Program-made: the position numbers and the translations under genes | In this document: positions 51,943 through 61,522 of the stretch, piece by piece | How the letters are laid out: the number at the start of each line of letters is the position of its first letter | How positions within the stretch are numbered: the first letter of the stretch is position 1 | Notes under the pieces: model-generated | Told to the model about the DNA's origin: nothing | Database searches by the model: none | Seen by the model: the letters and a program-made list of their open reading frames with translations, nothing else | Source: Octopus bimaculoides | Taxonomy: Eukaryota | Direction: 5' to 3' | Length of the DNA: 63,989 nt | NCBI RefSeq assembly: GCF_001194135.2 | Contig: NC_069003.1 | Location: 10,772,532-10,836,520 of the forward strand

Positions 51943-54900
51943 AAAGAAAATGAGATGACAAAGGAATAAATTATCATCTTATGAAGTTCATTAGCTTACA
52001 ACTGTTTCTGCTATAAGATGCCGTGGACACATAGTTGAGTGTCTGAGTAACACCTTATAGCTTCATCAGAGCCTTGAAAATGAAGTGCAGTGTATTTGGG
52101 AAAAGAATTTCATTTATGCATATATATAGGAAAAATATTACCCACATATACATTATTTACATTTGACGGATATTTGTCATCTTGTTTGTTGTTAACACAA
52201 CGTTTTGGTTGATATCCCCTCCAGCCTTCATCAAGTGTCTTGGGGAAATTTTGAACCTGGGTTCTCATTCCTAAGGTATTTTTCGATGCTATTATTATGA
52301 AGGCTGGAGGATATATTAGCTGAAACATGTTAACAACAAACAAGATGGACAAATATCTGTCAAATGTATATAATGTACATAATTCCTCATCTCTTAAATA
52401 TAGAACTATTACCCACATATGTGTGTTGTGAGTATGATCCCATTTTGATTTACCTGTATCTTGTAATTATTCTTCCTATGTAAGTGTAGGTGTGGCTATA
52501 TGCTTGCAATGTATTTTTTGATTCTATCCCATTGTTTTGTCCATTAGGCAAGTGTCTTTCATTACAGCCTTGTGCTGACCAATGTCTTGTCTGAAATTGG
52601 TAAACCAAAACTGAATTGAAACCTGTTATATTTGGTACCTTAAGCAAGTTTTTTCTATGTCGTTGTGCTGACTGAAATTACAAGACTACTATTGTGTGTA
52701 GTGTGTGTTCCATGTGTCTCTGCATGAATCGTATTTGGCTAACAGCGATCTCGTTATGTTTTTGTAAACAGTTTGTCCTGTATCGCAGTAGTTTTGTCGG
52801 TTTTGATTTGATGTCATTGGCTGCGTTGACCCTCAGACCACCTTGCAGGAAAAAAGGGAGGCAGTGAGATGTGTCCCTCAATGCTTGCAAACCTCCAAGA
52901 CCATCACAGATGATTGGAACTTGGTGATCATAATGGTGATAGTGGTGGTGGTGGTTAAATTGTGGTTGATCCAGAGCCACTTGTTATTTCTGCTCGTTCA
53001 CTTTTTGATTTATGTCAAATTTCTTCTTGTTCTGAGAAGAACCAGAGCATGTCAGGCTTCTTTGCGGGTGTTTGAATTTGTTTACCGAGTGCTCCAACCA
53101 TATCACACGGTTTTCATTACACAGAAATTGTACCTGATTTCTTCATGCTACACACATTTGATTGTTGTCTTTGATATATGGAGGTATTTGGCAGTGGCCT
53201 TCATTGACTCATTGGGATTCTTGTTGATATCCTAGACTTGCTACAGAAACTCGGTTTTACAGACAATATATGACTGTCAAGAATGTTCTTTTCTTATTTG
53301 TATTTACATATGTGCATCGTGTATGTGTATATGTCTGTGTTTATGCGAGTGGAGATGAATTGCGTATATATGACTTTCTCCAGAGTCACCTGTCTCAAGC
53401 TAACAAGTCACAACTGTTCTGTTATGATTTTAGTTCTGAGTTCATGGCTGAAAGCGAACTGAAGCTGCCTGATCAACAAGTTTTTCTATGGTCGTAGCTT
53501 TTTTCCTTGAACTGTTAAACTTTGGAACTCTTTCATATCGTTGTTGTCTCTCTTCTTGTGACCTGAACTCTTTCAAGTCTGAAGTAAATTCATTCCTTTC
53601 ATCTTAATTCTCCTTCTTCATAGTCCTTTACATTGACTTCTTGCCTTGTTTGGAACTTTCTTTAAAGAAAAAAAAAAAATAGCCATATTCAAAACAAAAG
53701 GTGAAATAGTCTTTTTTTTTTATCCATTTGTGGGAACAGGGAGAACCTCTTCGACAAACCTACTTCAAGAAACAGGAAAATTTCTGTGGAAGTTGCTTCT
53801 TTAAGTATTGCTTATGGCCTGGTGACAAAACAGTTCATGGTGCATCCAGATTAAGTTTAATCCTGGACATGACTCTAAACTGCATCTGATAGTGGGATCT
53901 TGGTTCAAGAGTTCCAAAGGTTTGAGGAATTTGGAATCACCCCTTGGCCATTATTGTTCCCAGTTCTATTCTGATCTGGAATAGAAGCACTTACAAGACT
54001 CCCTGTAATGGGTTAATTAGATTATTGAGGCTTGCCTATCTATGCATGTGAATGCTGGGGCTGGCTGACTCAGCAAAAAAAAAAAAACCTTCATGATTCA
54101 GTCATGGAGAAGGTTGTTGCAACAATGCATTGTGGAGTGCAAAGAGAAAATGAAGCAGGCAAGAGATCTGTGCCATTCACTGCATCTGTCTCCATCCCCA
54201 TCCATCTTGCCACTGGACTGGAGATGATCATGGATGAGAGAATGAGGCAGACAGTGCATAACTCTTCATCACTTTAAACTGCCATTACATAAGTTGTCAA
54301 CCTTAAGGATGACAAGCTGATCCTTGTTGTTGTGATAGATGACTATTACAAGTTTCATTATGAATATGACGACAGGTAAGTTCACTGCCATCAATTCATT
54401 GCATGAGAGTTCACCGCGAGGAAAGTTTATCAAGAAAATATAGCCATAGTATCTCACCATTGAGTTAAAAACTATTTTGACAAAAAACGGGGAATTGACG
54501 ACGGTGAACTTTCCCTGCGGTGTATTGACGATGGTGAACTTTCCCTGCGGTGTATTGACGACGGTGAACTTTCCCTGTGGTGAATTGACGACTGAACTTT
54601 ACCTGCCGTGAATTGATGGTGAACTTAGTGGACATGTAATAATATAGCAATTTGTAATATTAGCAAAAGAACCAAAGCTGCAGAAGTTCTAAAACTGCAC
54701 TTATTGCAGATTATCATTGAGCACTTCATTTCATAAAGTTAGTTTTGAGGCTCTTGGATCAATGTCATAGAGATATCAGTTGGGCAAAATTCTCCTTTCA
54801 GCAGAATGACAGTAGTGTTAGCAGTACACTTTTGTCAGATATTTCCAGTGATTCCAAAGCAGATAACATTTTCAAATGGTTTATAATTTGAACAGCTCGT

Positions 54901-57900
54901 GTTAACAAAAAAAAAAAGAAGAAAATTTCAAAGTATGGCACAAGGCCAGTCAATGTCATGGGGAGGGGTTTAGCCAATTACAGCAACCCCAGTACTTGAT
55001 TGGTACTTTATTTTAACAACCCTGAAAGTATGAAAGGCAAAGTTGATCACGATGGGATTTGAACTCGGAGAGTAAAAAGTCAGAAATTCTGCCAAGCATT
55101 TTATTCGAAAACTTGATTGTCTTTTTTTCTTTTTTTTTAAGGGGTAATTCTTCAAATTTTAGCCCTAGGCCAGCAATTATTAGAGGAAGGTAGTTAGCTG
55201 ATTACATGGGTCTCAGTACATGACGAATACTTTATTTTATTGTCCCTCAAAGACTCAAAGGCAAAGATAACTTTGCAGGATTTGAACTCTGAATGTAAAG
55301 GATCGAAAGAAATGCCTCTAATTATTTTGTCCAATGTGCTAATGATTCTGCCAGTTTGCCACGTTAAGCTTATTATATACAGTCTCCCAGTGAATTACAT
55401 CTTGTTGGAAAAAGGTTAAAAGGGGACAGAAGACGGATATGAACCAAATAAAAAATGGCAGCAGTAAAATCTAGAAGTACATACACAGAACACAAAATAA
55501 GGCACAAAAATAAAAAGTGAACCTTAACCCTTTAGCATTCAGATTATTCTGTCAAATGTAATCCTTTTTCATTCACATTGATTTGAATTAATCAGGTATT
55601 ATCTCATAGCCTTGAGATTTCAGTGATGTGGTTGTATATTTTTACAATGACATTCTTAGGTAAGTGTGCAAGGCCAGATCTGGCTGCTTTGAACATAAGA
55701 CGGGTAGAAAATTTTGTGTTGGATATGACCACTTTAAATGCTAAGGAGTTAAAGGGGAAAGAATGCATTGGTATGTGAGAAGTAGTGTTGATGAATTTCA
55801 AGAAGCATGGAATTTTTGAAGGATGTAGTGTCCTGGCAGTTAACAACTGACTTGAGTAGCTTATTTCATGCTTTTGGAGGTGAAAAAATGTTTATGTAAG
55901 TCATGGGTGGTGTGCTGTTTTTTGATTTTATTGGAAACAAACATGAGTTTACCTTAGCTCTTTAGCATTTCAACCAGCCAAATCTGACCCAGATATACTA
56001 CCTATTTTGTTCTAACCAGCCAAATCCAGCCTATCACACCTACCCTTTAATGCCATTATGAAATATACCATCGCATCATCAAAATTTTGAAACTATAAGA
56101 TAATGCTTGATCAATTAAAAGTGATATGAATGAAAAAGTATTACGTTTGACAGAATAGTCAGATGCTAAAGGGTTAATATGGGACCAACACTTGACTGAT
56201 TTTGCTACAAGAATTTTTTAACTTGGAGAAAGGGATTGTGAGATTGTTGTACTTTGCTGATGTAGTGACATCTATGATTGATATTAAGTTAAATGACATC
56301 ACCAGTTGACCAACTAGAAAATAGATCTTTCTCATCATTCAATGCAACTGCATTTACAAATGGTTCTTTGACAAAATACTAATTTCCTCCCAACCAACAA
56401 AATTCTTTGACGAATGAATGAATGAATTAGAAGTTGCATGCAGACAAATTTCTTTTACAAATATCAAGTTTTTTTTTTTTTCATATTTAAAATTTTTTTC
56501 TTTGTTGTTATAGCCTCTACCAACCGGAGATGAAGCAAAGAAGAAGACTGAGGAGGGAAAGGACAAAGAAACTCAACCCCAGATGCCAGACTATGATCAG
56601 GCGACAAAAGCTTTAATAGAAGGTCAGTTGTGTGTGTAAGTGCGTGCACGTGCGTCTTTTTAAGATCTGTTGTTCTCCTTTTGCCCTCCATCTCTGACTC
56701 TCTTTTCACAGTTCTTTTGAACTTACTTACTCACCCTAACCAATCCCTATTCCACTTCACTCTGTGCACCCCTTGAAAGTTTTACCACTATGAGGAAATG
56801 ACAAAGGACTGCAAGATGTGGGGATTAGCTGTACTTGATAAGACACGTCAAGTAAAATTGCTGTCATCCACATGTGCGGGCTTGTCCTTTCAGGTGTCGG
56901 TGCCACTTAAAAAGCACCTGTGCTGGTGCCGCGCTAACACACCTGTGTCAGTGCTGCATAAATGCACCCATGCCAGTGGCATGTAAAAAAACACTCAGCA
57001 CACCCTGTTAAGTAGTTGGCATTAGGAAGGGCATCCAGCTGTAGAAACCATGTCACAACAGACAGTTGGAGTCTGGACTGCACCCTGCTAGCCAGCATGG
57101 AAAGCGGACATTAAACAATGATGATGCTTATTACATCATCATCATCAACTACTGGACATTACTGCCTCAAGTCCCAGGTCTCATTGAACTGATTACCTGG
57201 TTCCCATGATGTTTAAGTGATTGAGCTCACAACATTTCCAGTCTGTCACACATACACATAAACGCAGTGGACTTCTTTCGGTTATTTCTTTATTGCCCAC
57301 AAGGGGCTAAACACAGAGGGGACAAACAAGGACAGGTAAAAGGATTAAGTCGATTACATCGACCCCAGTGCGTAACTGGTACTTAAATTATCGACCCTGG
57401 AAGGATGAAAGGCAAAGTCAACCTCGGCAGAATTTGAACTCTGAATGTAAAGACAGACAAAATACCATGAAGCATTTCGCCCGGTGTGCTAACGTTTCTG
57501 CCAGCTCACCGACTTCTTTCAGTTTCTGACAACCAAATCCAGTCCTGGATGTTAAACGACGATGATTAAAAACAGTTTTTCTGCCAACATTCGACTATTT
57601 TATCACCTCACAATACATTATATCAGCCATTTTCAATGCTACACTTTGTTCAAGTTTTGTTTGAGCCACCATATTTGATTAAGGCTAAACAATCGAACAA
57701 AAGAATGTTAAGAAGCATTATACATTTGCATCTATTGTGAATAAGATTGTTTCAATTTATGTTTGAACTGTAAATGCTATTATAAAAATGTGAACTGGGT
57801 GGTTGTGGTGAGTCCATTACATTAATCACAATATGATCTCAACTCTTTATCTAGGTCAGGGATTTTATTTTCAGTGGGTTTTTTATTTAGGATTCATGGC

Positions 57901-60900
57901 TCATTTAGTAAATTGATAAATGTGTTATAACACACCATCAATTTATAAAAGATTTTATTATAAAATAAAGGCAAGTGTAATAAATGTTTTGGAACCAGAG
58001 ACTGGTGAACACAGTGCATTTTGCACTAGTGCTGTATGTTAAAAATTTCTAAAGTTTTTTTTTTTTATCCTGTCATTTTCTAACTCAGATCAGAAACTCT
58101 CCTTACGCATGTAAGCATTATCAAATCCACTCACAAGGCTTTGGTTAGCCCAGGGCTTGCTGCACAGTGGGACCAAACCCGAAGCCATGTGATTGGGAAT
58201 CAGGCTTCTTAACATCAGAGCCATGCCTGATCCTGTAACCGAAGGAATAAATTTTATATTTTTAAATATTTCTTTCCTATCCCAATAAGTAAACATTATT
58301 GTATATTTACAAGTACAGGGAAATCCCGGCTTCAATGACAAAATCAAATAAAACTGAACAAAATTGCAGCAAATCTGTGAGATAGTGGTGTCAGACATAG
58401 TATGCAGACCATCATATAACTCGTTTTATTTTGACATGTGCATTGTGTTTTTATTCTTCCATCTTATGAATTCAGTGTGGACATGCACATTGCGTATATT
58501 CATACTTCTCTTTCCAATTCCTACTAAAAACTTTATAGATCATAACCATCTCATGAACCTGCTTTTGTGAAGAATACTTTGTACTCTGATAGTTGTGAAA
58601 AAAATGTCTGAAGTTGCTTCTTGCTTTTATTGAAAGACTCAAAATAATCTTAGTCAAAGACGTATACATTTTCTTTCTTCACTTTTTAAGTGCTTTTCTG
58701 GTTAACTTTTTGATAGTTGCTGCATTAAATAGGTTAACCCTAAGATAATTATAGAACTTTCTTTGAGGTAATGGAAATCCCTGTAATTTATTATCTCCCT
58801 TTGAAAGTTAACTCCCTCCCTTAATAGGAGTTACACGAAGAAAGGACATTCTGTAAGTTTACTACTTTCATCTTTTGAACTGCGATCATGCTGGAGCACC
58901 GCGCGCACACACACGCACACACATGACTGGTTTCTTTCAGTTTTTATCTACAAAATCCTCTCACAAGGCTTTGGTCAGCCCAAGGCTATAACAGAAAACA
59001 CTTGCTCATGGTGTCATGCAGTGGGACTGAACTCAGTTATGCAGTTGGGAAGGAAACTTCTTACCATGCAACTATGCCTACACACACACACATACACACA
59101 CAAAACTGCATGTGTTTCTGGCTTGCTGACTCCAATATTCTAAGTGCTTATCTAGTGTTGCATCAATTGTTAATTTTTCATTCTTGAATTTATTCCTAAA
59201 TATGTCATTTTTTTTTTTTTTTTTTTTTTTTTTTTCTTGCATTATACAGCTGCAGATCAAGCCAGGTCTAAGTACCAGGACGCTGATAAAAAAGTTAGAG
59301 AACTTGAAAAAGATATCAGGTGAGTACATTATTACCTCCACTTTAGCAAAGGCGGAGGCATTGTTTTCAGTTGTGTTTGTTTGTCTGTGGACAAGATATC
59401 TCGAGAACCACTGGATGGATTCGGATAAAACTTTGAGATGTTTGGTCTCGTGACTGATACGAACTGATTAGATTTTGGGATCAATCCAGTACCAGACAAG
59501 GATTCTGGATTATTTCTCTGGTTTTTTACTTAATTTTTGAGAGCAGTCAGGTTCATTTTTAGCATTCTCATTTTGAGAGCAGTTAAATTTATTTCAGATA
59601 TTCTCATTTTAAAAATCATCTCTGGCTAATCGTTAAAAGGAAGTTGGTGTTGTCTTGGCAGAGGTTTGCGCTCTCTGAGTACTCTTATTATAATCAATAT
59701 TACTGATAAGATGGTGAGTTTTGCAGAATTGTAGAGTGTTGGGAAAAAATGCTTTCTTTACATTCTGGGTTCAAATTCTATGGGGGTCAACTTTCCCTTT
59801 TGTACTTTCAGGGTCAATAAAAGTAGTACCAATTGAATACTGAGGTCAATGGTATTGACTTACCCTTGCCCTTCAAAATTGCTGGCATTGTGCCAAAATT
59901 TGAAACATTATTATTAGGGTGGCGAGCTAGCAGAGAAAAATGCCTAGCATTTTTCCCCGTCTTCACGTTCCGAGTTCAAATTCCACCAAGGTTGACTTTA
60001 CCTTTCATCCTTTCAGGTTTGATAAATTAAGTACCAGTGAAGCACTGTGGGTCGATGTTATCGACTAGTCCCTTCCTACAAAATTTCAGGCCTTGTGCCT
60101 ATAGTAGAAAGGATTATTGTTATTGTTAAGGTGGTGATCTGGCAGAATCATTACTCTAATGGGCAAAATGCTTAGAGGAATTACTTTCAACTTTGTTCTG
60201 AGTTCAAATGCTGTCATGAGTTTGTATCTTTTTGACATCGCGTGATAGTTGTAAACAAGCATCATCATCGCACAATGTTGGTCGTTTCCAGTTTTCCATG
60301 AACAACATGTCTAGTAATGGGGAAATATCACCTTGTATGGAAACAAGGGAGGGTTTGTGACAGGGAGAGCATCCAGCTGTAGAAAATGTATTTTAACATT
60401 CTGTCCAACCCATGCAAGTAAAGGAAAGTGGATGGGATGTTAAAATGATGACAATAATGGCACTTGAACTGTTTTGTATTTCCGGGGTCTTTCCAGAGTC
60501 TTGGACATTTTAATTTTTTTTTTTTGTATTTTTTGTTTACTGTTTGTCAAAAACTGTCAAGATACCACACTAAAACCACTGTTTTACATTTCTCTGAATT
60601 GTATTTTCTCTGTTTTTCCTCTTTGCAGTGATGTGAAGAAAATACTTGATTTAGATCTTGGTCCAGACAACGAGTTCTACAGTTTGTACAGCAAATGTTT
60701 TGAGTACACAGACAGAGAGTACACGTACTCATTTTGTCCCTTCGATCGGGCTTCTCAGCGGAGTAAATCTGGTGGAATAGAAACCAGTTTAGGGTAAGTT
60801 GACCTAAAACCAAGGTGTCCCATAAATAGCATTGATGTGGGTGATGGTGCCACGTAAAAAGCTCCCAGTACACTCTGTGGAGTGATTGGTGTTGACCGGG

Positions 60901-61490
60901 TGTGGTTCCTGTGTAAAAAGAAATTATTATATTATTATTATTAAGGCAGGGAGCTGGCAGTCATTAGTGTGTTGGGCAAAAAGCTTTACGTTCTGAGTTC
61001 AAATTCTGCTAAAGTTGACTTTGTCTTTCATCCTTTTGGGGGTCGATAAAATAAGTACCTGTTGAGTACTGGGGTTGATACAATTGACTTAGCCTGGTGC
61101 CAAAATTTGAAAGCGTTATTATTAATTTTATTATTATTATTATTATTATAGCAGTAATCTGGCAGAACTGTTAGCATGCTAGACAAAATGCTTAGCGACA
61201 TTTCCTCTGTCTTTGCTTTCTGATTCCATTGATGTCAACTTTGCCATTCATCCTTTTGGGGTTGATAAAATACCAGTCAAGTATTCCCTCTCCAAAATTT
61301 CAGGCCTTGCACCTATATCAGAAAAAAGATTATTATTGTCGTTTCTATGACTGGATGTCCTTCCTAACACCAACCACTTCAAGAGTGTTATGAGTGCTTT
61401 TACGTGCCACTGGCACGACACCAGTATCTGCCATGACTGTGGTTTTACTTGGCTTGATGAGTCTTCTTCTCAAGCATAACATAATGCCAA

Positions 61491-61522
<32 letters not shown>

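Noticed and set aside
54494-54611. Short regular repeat array superficially like CRISPR
   Set aside because: Contiguous tandem units with no unique spacers, no cas genes and a eukaryotic intron context; the same applies to 46053-46340.
60474-60628. 5' extension of exon 14 suggested by track ORF 60474..60797
   Set aside because: This is T-rich intron sequence; the conserved protein and phase match begin at the ttgcag acceptor (60628).
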